Below, piece by piece: positions 1 through 13,990 of a DNA stretch of 64,000 nt. This stretch comes from Octopus sinensis. Taxonomy: Eukaryota. Location: assembly GCF_006345805.1 (NCBI RefSeq), contig NC_043011.1:43040464-43104463 (forward strand), read 5' to 3'. The notes beneath the pieces were generated by a model that searched no databases, was not told the origin of the DNA, and saw only the letters and a list, made by a program, of their open reading frames with translations. A program made the translations under genes and the position numbers. Numbering within the stretch: the stretch's first letter is position 1; every line of letters starts with the position of its first letter.

Positions 1-231
1 AGGGTTGGGTTGTGTGTTTCAGCTTTATGAGATCGGTTCGAGGCCCGGAGGGCTATGAGCATGATCGTGGTTATCTGCCGGTTATTCTCTAAAAGGAAAA
101 AAAGAAGAAAAAAAAAAGATAATGAAAAGAAATAAATAAAAACAACTAACAATCCATGAATTTGCAAGGGGACTCAACCCTCACCTTCCCGGGCTTCCGG
201 GACACAAAGTAGTCTTGTTCAAACTTCCACG

Positions 232-247
232 CTTTCACACACACACG

Positions 248-329
<82 letters not shown>

Positions 330-538
330 AGCACGAACACATATATATATATACCGGTATATGTGTGTACATGCTTCAATATATATATATGCACACACAC
401 ACGTATATATGTGTGTGTGCATGTGAATGTGATATATATACATACATCCACATACATATATATATTTATACCTGCGTTTTAAAACTCCATGATTTTTTCA
501 TATATATATATATATATATCTATTATATATATATATAT

Positions 539-605
<67 letters not shown>

Positions 606-608
606 TAT
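232..608. repeat. Compound (CA)n/(TA)n/(GATA)n microsatellite
   Basis: Direct reading. Confidence 0.95.
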
Positions 609-1092
609 ACGCGTGTGTATGTATAATTTGTGTGTGACTTCATGAGTATTTGTCAATTCAATTTATATTCCATAAATCCAGGCATGTAGCAGACTACAGC
701 GAAACACAGTGTCTTAATAATGTTCACACATTCGCCCCCTGTAAACCGCTATTTCTTGGTAGTTTACGTCAAATCTAGGAGACCCATGACGGATTACACT
801 GAAGCAGACCCAATCGCAAACACAGACATATATATACGCACGCATAAGCGCACATATACATCATACATAAACCCATACACATACACAGAAGCACTCGTGT
901 GTACGCACACATAGATTGCTCCCTATAGAATATAAAGTAAATACCAGTTTAAAACTCACAAGAGAGATGCCTTTACCAGGCTTCTCCGTATGCTAAAAAT
1001 AGCAGCTAAATGTCTACATTTTTTTATTAGCATTCTTGTTTAGCAGACACCGCTCTATTGAAAGCTTTCGGTCCACGTTTTAGATGTTGGTA

Positions 1093-1318
1093 TGGCAGAA
1101 TCGTTAGCACGCCGGGCGAAATGCTTAGCAGTATTTCGTCTGCCGCTACGTTCTGAGTTCAAATTCCGCCGAGGTCGACTTTGCCTTTCATCCTTTCGGG
1201 GTCGATTAAATAAGTACCAGTTACGCACTAAGGTCGATATAATCGACTTAATACCTATGTCTGTCCTTGTTTGTCCCCTCTATGTTTAGCCCCTTGTGGC
1301 TAATAAAGAAATAGGTAT
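1093..1318 (+). mobile_element. SINE family A, monomer ending at the LINE-like tail
   Basis: TGGCAGAATCGTTAG (A box), GAGTTCAAATTCC (B box), GCCTTTCATCCTTTCGGGGTCGAT body, tail ...GTGGCTAATAAAGAAATAG; >20 related copies in the window. Confidence 0.9.
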
Positions 1319-2085
1319 AACTCTGCTTACCTTCCAATAGCTACAGAACACCCTGTAAAAAACATAAGTGATCCTCTATCTCTCTCTCTTTTAGCTGTTA
1401 CAAATATAAACAAAAACAAATCGGATACTTTGAAGAATGTAGTTTTGTACGGTCCTAAAAAGACGGGATTAATCATGACTGGATTGTCTCAATCGTGCGT
1501 ATGATCTGCCAGGGGTGACTTGTGGGGCCGAACTGTAACAACAACAACTACAACGAAATGAAAAACAGCGGCGGCAGCTGCAGCAGCAGCAACATAGATA
1601 ATAGCAACAACAACAACAACAATTATCTGTTGGCTAGTTTACGCCACCGACATCACAACAATCATTACCACAGCTACTTTCCCCACCACCACCACCACCA
1701 CCACCACCACCACCACCACCACCACCACCACCACCACACAACCATGAAAAAATCATCATCACCACCATCACCCCCGTCGTCATCACCAACAGCAACCATA
1801 AATTGGTCCCGATGCGCCCTCGTTGGAGTATATGTTGTGGCAAGCATTCAGGCCAGTTCCCTGGTCAGAGAGGACAACATCCACGCATGGTCACACTGGT
1901 CCGCGAGCAACATAAAATGGGTTTTGGGCATTACACTTACATTTCTAATTAACCGATGCATACATGCATACATACATACAACATACATACATACATACAT
2001 GCATACATGCATACATGCATGCATACATACATACATACATACATACATACATACATACATACATACATGCATATACACATACACA

Positions 2086-2254
2086 GGAGTAGCTGTGTGG
2101 TAAGAAACTTACTTCCCAACCACATAGTTCCGGGTTCAGTCCCACTGCGTGGTACCTTGCGCAAGTGTCTTCTACCATAGCAGTGGGCCGACCAAAGCTT
2201 TGTGAGTGGATTTGGGAGACGGAAGCTGAAAGAAGCGCGTCGTATATATGTACG

Positions 2255-2301
<47 letters not shown>

Positions 2302-2470
2302 TGTGTGTGTGTGTGTTTATACTTGTGTTTGTGCTTGTCCACCACCATTGCTTGACAACCGATGTTGGTGTGTTTACGTCCACATAACTTAAAGATTAGG
2401 CAAAAGAGATCCATAAAATAAGTACTAGGCTTACAAAGAATAAGTCCAGGGATTGATTTGATAGACGAAA
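2086..2470 (+). mobile_element. SINE family B (tRNA head + CORE-like domain + internal TA/TG microsatellite)
   Basis: GGAGTAGCTGTGTGGTAAG, GGTTCAGTCCC (B box), ACCTTG(C)GCAAGTGTCTT resembling the CORE motif ACCTTGGGCAAGTCACTT. Confidence 0.85.
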
Positions 2471-2960
2471 TAAGAGAAAAGAATATATACATATATATAT
2501 ATACATTCAGAGATCAGTTGGGGGAAGGCGATCGTGTTGCCTGTGGATCAGGAGATGCTCCTAGAAGAAGCGGTGCGACCAGAGGATGGTGCTAACTGGA
2601 CACGATCTAGAATTTGATTAACACCAGCCTGGGTCAGTTGGGAGATGGACCTTGATGGAGTAAAGGCGTAAAAAACTTAATGACTCACCAAAAGCATTAC
2701 TGGTGATGTGTCCAGATACGGCACCAAGCATTGCATGGAAAAACCATATAGATATACATGCACACACACACGCACGCACACACACACACATACACACATA
2801 CATACACACCACACACACACACATATATATATGTATGTATGTATATATATATATACATATGTACAAGTGTACATATATATATATATACACATACATATAC
2901 ATATATATTTACATATGTATATGCATGTATGCGTATCTATCTTCTATCTATCTATCTATC

Positions 2961-3011
<51 letters not shown>

Positions 3012-3267
3012 TATATTCGTAAGGGTAACACACTTGGACGCGTTGACACAAAGATGTGGTTCGGGTCCCATGCAGAGGAAAGCCTCCTTTTTTTCTGTCG
3101 GGGGCTTGTGTTCCCCGTTGTTAGACTATTTTCCTTGGTCCATTGCACGGTGATCGCCATAAGCTTTAAGCTTATATAAAAATACCATTATTATTATTAT
3201 TATTATTTACAAGATTGTAAAATACGGTACCGTATAACAAAAACCTTTCGCACCGAAAGCACACCCA

Positions 3268-3315
<48 letters not shown>

Positions 3316-4638
3316 ACACACACACACACATACACACATATATATACCCAATAAAAGTTAAAATGATACTATAATTAAGACAAAGAAAAGAGCATGAACA
3401 GAAAAGGTGATCGTGAAAACCCCAGTAATTCTAAATATACAACGGACTTCAATGCCACGTTATCTGACACTGACATCAGTGTTGGTAACAACAATTACAT
3501 GGACTATGAAACATTCACAGACGGGCGTTCTTTTTTTTTTTTTTTTTTTTTTTCTTTTTTTTTTTACTACGACGGTAATTATAATGTTCCGAAAGTCTAT
3601 GGATATGAGTTTCTCGGAAGTGAGCTGGGTTTTCGTTCATATTACGCATATACAGACATGCACACATATACACAGATATGCATGCACACACGCATGAAAC
3701 TCATGTATGTGTTAATATACGCATATATATATATAACAAATACTGATAGGGCACAGAAAGTGTGTCTATAGCCAGCTGGAGGAGGTGTCTTCCTGGGGCT
3801 ACAAAGTACAGTAGCATCCACCCTTAGGGTTAGCCATATTCAAATGGCAAATATACGTCACGATATATACATACCTATATAATATATATATATATAATTA
3901 TGTGTGTGGGGTGTGTGTGTATATATATATATGTATATATATATATTGTATATTATATATATTATATATATATGTATATGTATATATGTATATGTATATA
4001 TATATATACCAATATATATATAAAGATAGAGAGGGGGCAGAGTGAGGGGGTAGAGAGAGAGAAAGAGAGGGGGAGAGAGAAGGGGAGATGAGCCGATATA
4101 TGTATGCATGCTTATATGTGAATATACATCTGTCTACGTATATATGCACACATACATACATACATACAGGCGCATAGATGGATGGAGATAAATAATTAAG
4201 GAAAGAAAGAAAGAAAGAAAGGAAGAAAGGAAGAAAGAAGGAAAGAAAGAAAGAAAACCACGCATACAAGCGAATATACATGCATATATGAGTACACACA
4301 CACACACACACATACATTCAAACACGCATACACATATATACACACAGACTACAGCGTATCCCCGCCTGAAACAATCTACTTGCCAAAGCGTCAGCCCTAC
4401 GTCTAACAGTCTGAAATATCTGTGACCTTGTTTACATAGGTGCTGAGACGCGCAAGTACACTCACACATACACACCTGCTCACGCGCGCACGCACACACA
4501 CACACACACACACACACAAAACATACACACACACACTCACACACAAAACACACACACTCACACACATACATATATAAACGGCAATGCGCTTAAAGTAATA
4601 GACTCGCTAGAACACACTATCTCCTTCTAATCATGCAA

Positions 4639-4678
<40 letters not shown>

Positions 4679-4809
4679 GAGAGAAAGTATGAGCGCGTTT
4701 TGAACGCCTGTCCGATAAACTCCTGCAACGATCTGCAGACTTTGATGTCACTTCCTCCACCGCCATTACAAGGTACTGTGAAAACAGTCACTTGTGTGGT
4801 CTTGGGTTC

Positions 4810-5445
4810 GTCATCATCATCATCATCATCATCATCATCACTATCATCACAACCATCATGGCCATCACCATCATTATCATCATCATCATCATCACCATTA
4901 TAATTATCATCATCACCATCACCACCACCACAACCATCATCATCATCATCATCATCACTATCGTCACCATCATGACCACCATCATGACCATCACCATTAC
5001 CATCATTATCATCACCATCATCATGATCATCACCATCGTCGTCACCATCATCATTCCTATCATCATCATCATCATCACCGCCACCACCACCACCACCACC
5101 ATCATCACCATCATCATCACCATCATCATGATCTTCATCATCATCGTCATCATCATCATCATCAATCATCAACACCATGATCACTACGATCACTGTCATC
5201 AGCATCACCGCTAGCATCATCACCGTAGTCACCACTACCATCATCTTCATCGTCGTCGTCATCATCGTCGTCATCACCATTATCATCATCATCCCCAACA
5301 CTACAATCACCACTATTATCGCCATCAGTATCACGATTCACACAACCACCAACACCCCTCCACCACCACCACCACCACCACTACCATCACCATCACTATC
5401 ATAACCACCAGCATCATCACTACTACAACCCACCACCAACATCAT
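4810..5445. repeat. Degenerate (CAT)n/(CAC)n tract
   Basis: Source of the poly-H/I/D/M pseudo-ORFs. Confidence 0.95.
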
Positions 5446-5773
5446 CGATATTGTCAATATGTTTGGCTGTATGTGTGCATGCGTGTGTGTGTGCGTGTGA
5501 GTGTATCCTTGTGCGCGTGCGTAAATGTGTATGTGTCTGTGTGTGTGCGTGTGCGTGTGTGATGTTGGCTGAAACGCCAGTTGTACGAAACCGTGACACG
5601 AAAATGTAAAACACGGTCTGTTTACCTTACACACACATCTAAACACAAAGCAGGCACCACGCAGTTTACAACTTCAAACTGTACCGGTGACTGCCATGTT
5701 TTGTGTCTCAACATAAGCAAATATTAAAAAATGCATGCGTGAATGAGCATGCACGTATATGTATGTATGTATG

Positions 5774-5804
<31 letters not shown>

Positions 5805-5938
5805 ATATATGTGTATATGTAGTTTATATATATATATATTATATAATAATATATATATACATATACTATATATATATATATATTATATATATATTCATAT
5901 ATATATATCTTATAATAGATATATATATATATAATAAT

Positions 5939-6004
5939 ATGTTACATTATCGATAGTCAAGATAAAACTCAGAGTTTTTACTTGACTATCGAGTAATGTA
6001 ACAT
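5939..6004. repeat. Near-perfect palindrome centred at 5971
   Basis: About 30 paired bases with two mismatches and one bulge. Confidence 0.9.
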
Positions 6005-6107
6005 TATTTATAGATAAATTTCCCTATTTACAAATATTGAGGTCTCTTTCTTTCTTTTGTTATATTACCGTTTTACCAAATAATAGATATATATATATAG
6101 ATATAAT

Positions 6108-6138
<31 letters not shown>

Positions 6139-6146
6139 TATATGGT

Positions 6147-6326
6147 TGCAGACGCGACTGTGCGGTAGTAACCTTGAGCAAGTGTCTTCCACATAGCCTG
6201 GGGCCGACAAAAGCCTTGTGACTGGATTTGGCAGACGGAAAGCAGGAAGAAGACTATCTTCTCTCTCTCTCTCATCTCTCTCTCCCCCCTTTCTCCCTCC
6301 TCTCTCTCTCTATATATATATTTATA

Positions 6327-6368
<42 letters not shown>

Positions 6369-6535
6369 GGTCTCCATCACTTCACAACCGGTGTTGGTGT
6401 GTATCTTAGCGGTTCGGAATAAATAACCGATGGAATAAGTACTAAGCTTAAAAGAATAAGTCCTATAGTTGATTTGTACGACTAAATTAATTCCAGTCGG
6501 AGCCCCTGCATTACCGCAGCAAATGACTGACAAAT
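6147..6535 (+). mobile_element. SINE family B with a head deletion
   Basis: CORE-like segment, internal microsatellite and 3' body present. Confidence 0.75.
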
Positions 6536-6711
6536 AAATATACATACACATACGAAGTTGAACCGTTAATACCTACAAAGTTTTTCCTCGCTCCATTTTT
6601 TTCCCTTTTCGTTCTCTCACCATTTTTTTATTGCCACTCCTTTCTATGAAGAGTGTAGTCTCAAATCATCAAAGACTTTTCCATCCTTCTTGAGTGTCAA
6701 ATTATACGCCA

Positions 6712-6811
6712 NNNNNNNNNNNNNNNNNNNNNNNNNNNNNNNNNNNNNNNNNNNNNNNNNNNNNNNNNNNNNNNNNNNNNNNNNNNNNNNNNNNNNNNNN
6801 NNNNNNNNNNN
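6712..6811. other. Assembly gap (100 N)
   Basis: Run of N. Confidence 1.
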
Positions 6812-8262
6812 CGCCATCATCATCACCACCATCATCATCATCATCCTCACCATCACCATCATCATCATCATCATCATTAATCACATGACCACTCTCCTTC
6901 AATTTCTCTTCCTTTTCACCTCGTACACCATCTTTCCTACCTCCTTCTTCCCCACTTTCACCTCTTCCTCCCCCTCATCATCATCTTCGAGGTCGTCATT
7001 ATTGCTGTCGTCGCTATCGTTGTCATCGCCGTCGCCATCATCATCATCAACGTCATACATCACCACCACCACTACCACCATCATCATCATTATCATCACC
7101 ATCACCACCATCACCATCACCACTATCGTCATCATCACCATCGTCATCATCGTCGTTATTGCTACCATAGCTTCGATGTAGTCCAACTTATCAAGTGTCC
7201 ATTGATTTAGACATGTCTTGAGGGATCATATTTCAACACTTCTAACAATAAACATATGCCGCCATTAAACTACCACCACCACTACCATTACTACCATCAC
7301 CACAATTATCACAACCTTCTTCTCTTCCTTTTCCTCTGTCACAACCACCACCGCTAGCTTCACAAGACCCACCATCGTACAGCCATTGTCATCATAGTCT
7401 AATAAGTACATAACCATTAATACCACCACTAACAACCCCAACGCCGTACCAACAAAGAAGCAGTATCTCTCGCAGACGTATCTTTCCGACCTCGACCATC
7501 ACCACCAACGCCTCCACTAATACAAGGGCACCATCTCATGCCTGTCGCACATTACCATACCACAATCAACAACAACAACAACAACAACAACAGCAAAAGC
7601 AATGCATTTTACCATCTCACGACCAGCACTTGTCACGACTAATATAATTCACCCTATCATCGACATTACCACCACCACCACCACCACCGACAACAACAAC
7701 AACACTACTTCCACCACCGCTGTTGCCACCACTACCAAAACCACCACCACAACCATTACAAACACCGCCTTCGCCACCACCGCTGCTGATGCCACCGTTG
7801 CCACAGCCGCTGCCGCTGCTGCCACCACCACTAACACCATCACTACCCCCAAATCACCACCACGACCCCCGCCTTCGCCAGCACCACAACCACCTCGTCC
7901 ACAATCACCACCGCTTCCACCACAGCTACTGCTTCTACCATGACCATGACCATCACAACCACCAGCACCAATACCAGCTTCTTCACTGCTGCTAACGCCA
8001 CCACTAGACTCCTATCGCCATGGCATGATCATCCTATTTCTTTACTACCCACAAGGCGCTCAACACAGAAGGGACAAACAAGGACAGACAAACGGATTAA
8101 GTGGATTACATCGACCCCAGTGCGTAACTGGTATCATCCAACCATCAGGAACACCAACAGTGGCAATGCAAGGCCACGCTTCCAAGACCCATCACCCATA
8201 TCATACATCCCAAACATGTCGCCATAGCTAATATCACCAGCACCAGCACCATCAGCACCACC

Positions 8263-8294
<32 letters not shown>

Positions 8295-8700
8295 CAACAA
8301 CATTACTAGTATCAATGACAACATGAATATTACCTCTTACCGCTAGCCTCACCATTTCTACCAATAACACTATTATCGTTATCTCGCAACTACATTTCTG
8401 CATCCGCACCACCAGCAAGACCACCGCCGCCACCAGCACCAGCACCAGCACCACCATCACCAACACCTCTGCCATCATAAATGTTACGACCATTATCACC
8501 TCTGCCATCGTTCCCTCACAGCCATACCATGACCTTCCCCGCCATTTATACCCATGCCACCATCTCCGCCGCCGCTACCATCACCACTCATCATCAGCAG
8601 TATATCACAACCATCTCAGTGACCATCATCTCTTACCGCCACCACCATCACCACCACCACTACCACCACCACACTACCACCACCACCACCACCACAACCA
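6812..8700. repeat. Cryptic CAC/CAT/AAC trinucleotide low-complexity region
   Basis: Interrupted triplet repeats with a SINE fragment at 8033-8133. Confidence 0.9.
8033..8133 (-). mobile_element. SINE family A 3' fragment within a CAC-rich tract
   Basis: Reverse complement of the family A tail and CCAGT/ACTGG hairpin region. Confidence 0.8.
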
Positions 8701-8938
8701 TTAAACCAACAGTACAAGTGAAAACACATCGCCGTAGGAGGCACTATTTAAATGTCTTTAGTTTAAAACCATTATCAGTAGCCTGATAGCCGTGTGTATG
8801 TGTGTCCAGGTGCATATATATACGTATGTATGTTTGTATGTATGCGTGTATGTATATTGTATGTGAGTGTGTGTGGCGTGTATGTATATATTATAATATA
8901 TATATGTATTATGTATATATATGTGCATAATATAATGT

Positions 8939-8969
<31 letters not shown>

Positions 8970-9493
8970 ATATATTTTGTATATATAGATATATATGCAT
9001 ATATATATATATATATATATATATTTGTATATATAATATATATGCATATACATATATATATATACATTTATATGTATATATATATATATATATATACATA
9101 TATATATAATATGTATATATATATATATGAATATATATATAATATATATATATATGTGCATATATATATAGATATGTGTGCATATTTATGTATATATGTA
9201 TATATATGTGTGTGTATGTTGGTAAATCATGTAATTATATATGTATAGGTATTCGTCAATGTGAGCGTGTATCTTGCTAGACGACTGTGCGTGTGCGCAT
9301 GCTCCTGTATCTAAGTATGTTTGGATTATTCCATATTTGTATGCACGTGTGTAGGTTTATGTCTCCTCTACATATATGTACTTCGTTGTATCTATTTGTG
9401 ATGGTATAGGTCTACGTTTATCTGGATACATAGTTATGTGTGTGCCTGCGTGTATATATAAATATGTGCGTGTGTGTGAATGTGTGTGTGTTT

Positions 9494-9533
<40 letters not shown>

Positions 9534-9800
9534 ACGATTATCAATAGTTATGTGTGCAAGTGTATATCTGTGCGTATACGCGTATAACTTTGTATACGTC
9601 TTCAACTGTGTGGATTGCCAGCCTCTTGTTTCTTCCGTATCGTTATTTCTGCTATTTTTGATGTGATGTTTATGTTTTTATCGATTTGCTCATGTCGAAG
9701 AACAAATTATTAATAATTATTCCTTAATTAGCCACAAGGGCCAAAACAAACAATGCAAAGCATCGTACGCTTTACGTGAGTGCGTTTATGTGTATAATAG

Positions 9801-10181
9801 TGGAGGCGCAATGGCCCAGCGGTTAGGGAGCGGACTCGCGGTCGTAGGATCGCGGTTTCGATTCCCAGACCGGGCGTTGGTGAGTGTTTATTGAGCGAAA
9901 CACCTAAAAGCTCCACGAGGCTCCGGCAGGGGATGGTGGGTGATCCCTGCTGTACTCTTTCACCACAACTTTCTCTCACTCTTACTTCCTGTTTCTGTTG
10001 TACCTGTATTTCAAAGGGCCGGCCTTGTCACTCTCTGTGTCACGCTGAATATCCCCGAGAACTGCGTTAAGGGTGCACGTGTCTGTGGAGTGCTCAGCCA
10101 CTTACACGTTAATTTCACGAGCAGGCTGTTCCGTTGATCGGATCAACCGGAACCCTCGTCGTCGTAACCGACGGAGTGCTT
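9801..10181 (+). mobile_element. SINE family C (tRNA-like head TGGAGGCGCAATGGCCCAGCGGTTAGG)
   Basis: A box TGGCCCAGCGG, B box GGTTTCGATTCCC; second copy at 48533-48899. Confidence 0.85.
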
Positions 10182-10189
10182 CGATATGC

Positions 10190-10241
<52 letters not shown>

Positions 10242-10290
10242 AAATAGAAAGTGGAGTGATAAGGAATTACAATAAATTGAACCAGATTAA

Positions 10291-10607
10291 GGCGCAGACG
10301 TGGCTGTCTGGTAAGAAATCTGCTTTTCGACCACATAGTTCCGAGTTCAATTCTACTGTGTAGCAACTTGGGCAAATGCCTTCTACAATAGACCCGAGCC
10401 AACCAAAGCCTTAAGAGTGGATTTGGTAGATGGAAACTGAAAGAAACCCATCAGATGTGGCTGAGTGGTGATAAGAAGCTTGCTATCCAACCACATGGTT
10501 CTGGGTTCAGTCCCACTGCGTGGCACCTTGGGTAAGTGTCTTCTACTCTAGCCGTGGGCCGACCAAAGCCTTGTGAGTGCATGGAAACTGAAAGAGGCCC
10601 GTCTTAT

Positions 10608-10650
<43 letters not shown>

Positions 10651-10870
10651 CACACACGTGTGTGTATGTGTGTGGGTGTGTTTGTTCCCCCCGCCATTGC
10701 TTGACAACCGATGCTGGTGTGTTTAAGTCCCCGTAACTTAGCGGTTCGGCAAAATGAAATAAGTACCAGGTTTTAAAGAATTATGTACGACGTTCGATTC
10801 ATTCTAAAACCCTTCAAGGTGGTGCCCCAGCATGGTCACAGTCCAGTGACTAAAACAAATAAAAGATAAG
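10291..10870 (+). mobile_element. SINE family B with a tandemly repeated head+CORE
   Basis: Head 1 at 10291-10450, then a complete copy from about 10452. Confidence 0.8.
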
Positions 10871-10975
10871 AGCTGATTATATCGACCCCACTGTAAATAT
10901 CGAAACCACCAACATCTCTCAGTTTCTGTTCCATATTTCGTAAGACACGCGAGAAGGCAAGTACCTCCTTCTCTA

Positions 10976-11300
10976 AGACGGCGAGCTGGCAGAAGCGTTA
11001 GCACGCCGGACGAAATGTTTAGCGTTATTTCATTTGCCGTTACGTTCTGAGTTCAAATTCTGCCGAGCTCGACTTTACCTTTAATTCTTTTAGGGTCGAT
11101 AAATTAAGTACCAGTTGTGTAATCGACTTAATGTCTTTGTCTGTCCTTGTTTGTTCCCTCTATGTTTAGCCCCTTGTGGGCAGTAAAGAAATAAGAAACG
11201 TTAGCACGCCGGGCGAAATGTTCAGCGTTATTTCGTCTGTCTTTACGTTCTGAGTTCAAATTCTGCTGACCTCGACTTTGCCTTTCATCCTTTCGGGGTC
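10976..11300 (+). mobile_element. SINE family A, two units
   Basis: Full unit, then a second unit re-entering at GAAACGTTAGCACG. Confidence 0.85.
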
Positions 11301-11314
11301 GCCGTCCAAAATTG

Positions 11315-11870
11315 TAAGGGGAAAGGTTAAGTCGATTACATCGATCCCACTACTTGAATGATGCATTGCTATATCGACCTCGAATAGATTGAGTTGACCT
11401 CGGCGGGATTGAACTCAGCTTGTAAAGAACCGGAAGGAATGCCGCTAAACATTTTGCTAACGATTCTACCAGCTCATTGCTTCATAATAATCTTTTCTAC
11501 AATAGCTACAAGGCCTGAAATTTCGGGGGATGGGTAACTCGATAAATTCGACCCCAGTAATCACTTGGTACTTATTTCATCGACTCCCAAAAGGAATTTG
11601 AACCCAGAACGTAAAGAACCGGAAGGAATGCGGCTAAACATTTTGCTAACGATTTTACCATCTCATTGCTTCATAATCCTTTCTACAATAGGTACAAGAC
11701 CTGAAATTTCGGGGTATGGGCAAATCGATAAATTCGACCTCAGTAATCAATTGGTACTTATTTTATCGACTCCCAAAAGGAATTTGAACCCAGAAAGTAA
11801 AGAACCGGAAGAAATGCCGCTAAACATTTAGTCCGAAATCCTAACGATTTTACACAAGCTCACTGCCTCA
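11315..11870 (-). repeat. Tandem array of three old-type family A SINE units (~190-bp period)
   Basis: AAAGAACCGGAAG recurs near 11424, 11614 and 11799; units 2 and 3 share an internal deletion. Confidence 0.85.
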
Positions 11871-12534
11871 TAATAATACTACATGAGGGAAGAAACACAT
11901 TCAAAGTGTAAGGCGTTTATCCTTTTTTTTTCAATGCAAAGAAGAGATTGTAAGAAAACGGTTTCAGTCTTGGTTTTACAGCTTAACTTCGAAGAAGATA
12001 ATGCAAATGAAACATGTCAATCGTTTCAACAAAACCAGTAAATCTAGTTTCGATTATCTAATGAAAACTATTAATACCCATTACTGGTTGCTTGGTCACG
12101 TTAAAATGTGGTGAACTTGTAAGGAATTAATCAATATATTATATATGCAATTAATTAGTAGTTAAACAATGCTCTTAATGACGGACGATTTCCATGGATT
12201 CTTTTTTCTTATGTTCTGAAGAATATAAGGTGATTGAACTGAAGTGAATTCAAATGATTCCTTTTGAAAATTCCAAACTCGGTTGATAACCATAGTGAGC
12301 AGATTCAATGAGGTAATCAGCTTAGTGACAACTGTGATTCTAATTCGAATTTCATTAATGTTGCTTCGTTGTTCTATGACCAATCATTTAGAGTTCATTT
12401 AGACTCCGCAAATCCAAGTTATAGCGGGGGAGGTACAACATGTGCATAATTAGTAGAAGTAACTTCTAGTTTGCAGGTTTGTGTTTGAATCATAAAATGA
12501 GCGTGGTTTATACATTAATTTTACTTTCAAATTT

Positions 12535-12910
12535 TTAGCACAAGGCCAGCAAGTTTTTGGGGAGTGGGTTAATCGATTACGTCGACCTCAGTGCTCAACT
12601 GGTTTTTATTTTATCAACCCCGAAAGGATGGAAGACAAAGCCGACCTCTGCGGAATTTGAACTCAAAACGCAAGGTTCGACGAAATACCTATTTCTTTAT
12701 TACCCACAAGGGGCTAAACACAGAGGGGACAAACATAGGTATTAAGTCGATTACATCAACCCCATGCGTAACTGGTACTTAATTTATCGACCCCCCCGAA
12801 AGGATGAAAGCAAAGTCCGACCTCGGCGGAATTTGAACTCACAACGTAACGCAGACGAAATACCACTAAACATATTGCCCGGGGTGCTAACTATTTTGCC
12901 AGCTCGTCAC
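12535..12910 (-). mobile_element. SINE family A composite (two units)
   Basis: Contains the reverse-complement junction GAAATAC|CTATTTC at 12688/12689. Confidence 0.85.
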
Positions 12911-13778
12911 TATGATTCATAGATTAATCTTGATCTTCTTTGGCGGCGAGCTGAGAGAATTGTGGTCACTCGGCCTGCGAGTAGGTCAAATCGCCATCAA
13001 ATAATTCGACGTTCGGAGAAAAAAACTCCTTAAAATAATGTGGCTCACCGTTCTTTTCTTGTCAGAAAAAGACAGAAAAGTCATAGTTGGGATCTCCTTG
13101 ATAATAAAAATACACACTCTGCTCTGTCCTAGAACTAACACTAACAAATATATTTTCCCAACCAATTTTGCCCACACATTTAATATCTCATTCGCGCTCA
13201 TACGCACAAACATACGCGTCACAAATATACTATATTATACCTTATCAACTTCTTTCATGTTTGTACACGCATTTATTTTCATACATCCTTCACTTTTTTG
13301 TCTTACATTGACACGCTTATTTCTATTATCACTGTTCACTCTTCTTTGGTAAAATCAACGCCTTTTCTCAGTCCTATATTTTCTGTTATTCAAACCTTTA
13401 AAATCTTTAAGAAAAATTTCTTTTTATTTTTAAGAAAAATTTATTTTTCTTTTTTCTTTTTTCTTTCACTTCTTTTATTTAAGTCAATGAAGAATTACTA
13501 AATTATAAACATATTTTTCTTTCGCTTTATAATCAACGTTAATGATAGAATTAATTACCTTTTCCCTTGTCTTGCCAATGTATTAATTTTAAGTACCGAG
13601 AATGTAAGAGGGCAGCGATAACACAGCTTGTATTGCGGCAGAAGTTAGATTAATGTAATTCAGAATAAATTTTTATAGATGAGTAGCAAGGCTGAAAATG
13701 TAAAGAAATTGATTTTTTTTTTAAACATTAATTAATAAGTATGATTCATCGTACCTAAAATGCTACTATGACAGTCAA

Positions 13779-13859
<81 letters not shown>

Positions 13860-13952
13860 CTCTCTCTCTCTCACACAGAACACACCAGACACACACACAC
13901 ACACACAACACACACACACACACTCTCTCTCTCTCTCTCACACAGACACACA

Positions 13953-13990
<38 letters not shown>

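Noticed and set aside
1522-2103. 193-aa N/H-rich ORF
   Set aside because: Non-ATG start, built from AAC/CAC/CATA repeats and ending in a SINE head.
2505-2745. GC-richer island with a minus-strand G|GTGAGT donor
   Set aside because: No usable upstream acceptor; stops in most frames; probably an unrecognised repeat fragment.
4680-4800. Unique island with open frames on both strands (RKYERVLNACP... / YLVMAVEEVT...)
   Set aside because: No complete acceptor-donor pair on either strand and no recognisable motif.
4627-5404. Poly-Asp/His/Ile/Met ORFs
   Set aside because: (CAT)n/(CAC)n triplet tract open in most frames on both strands.
9801-9876. Possible tRNA gene (also at 48533, 50970-51045 and 30955)
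   Set aside because: No clean acceptor stem or oligo-T terminator; each runs into a conserved SINE body, so these are SINE heads.
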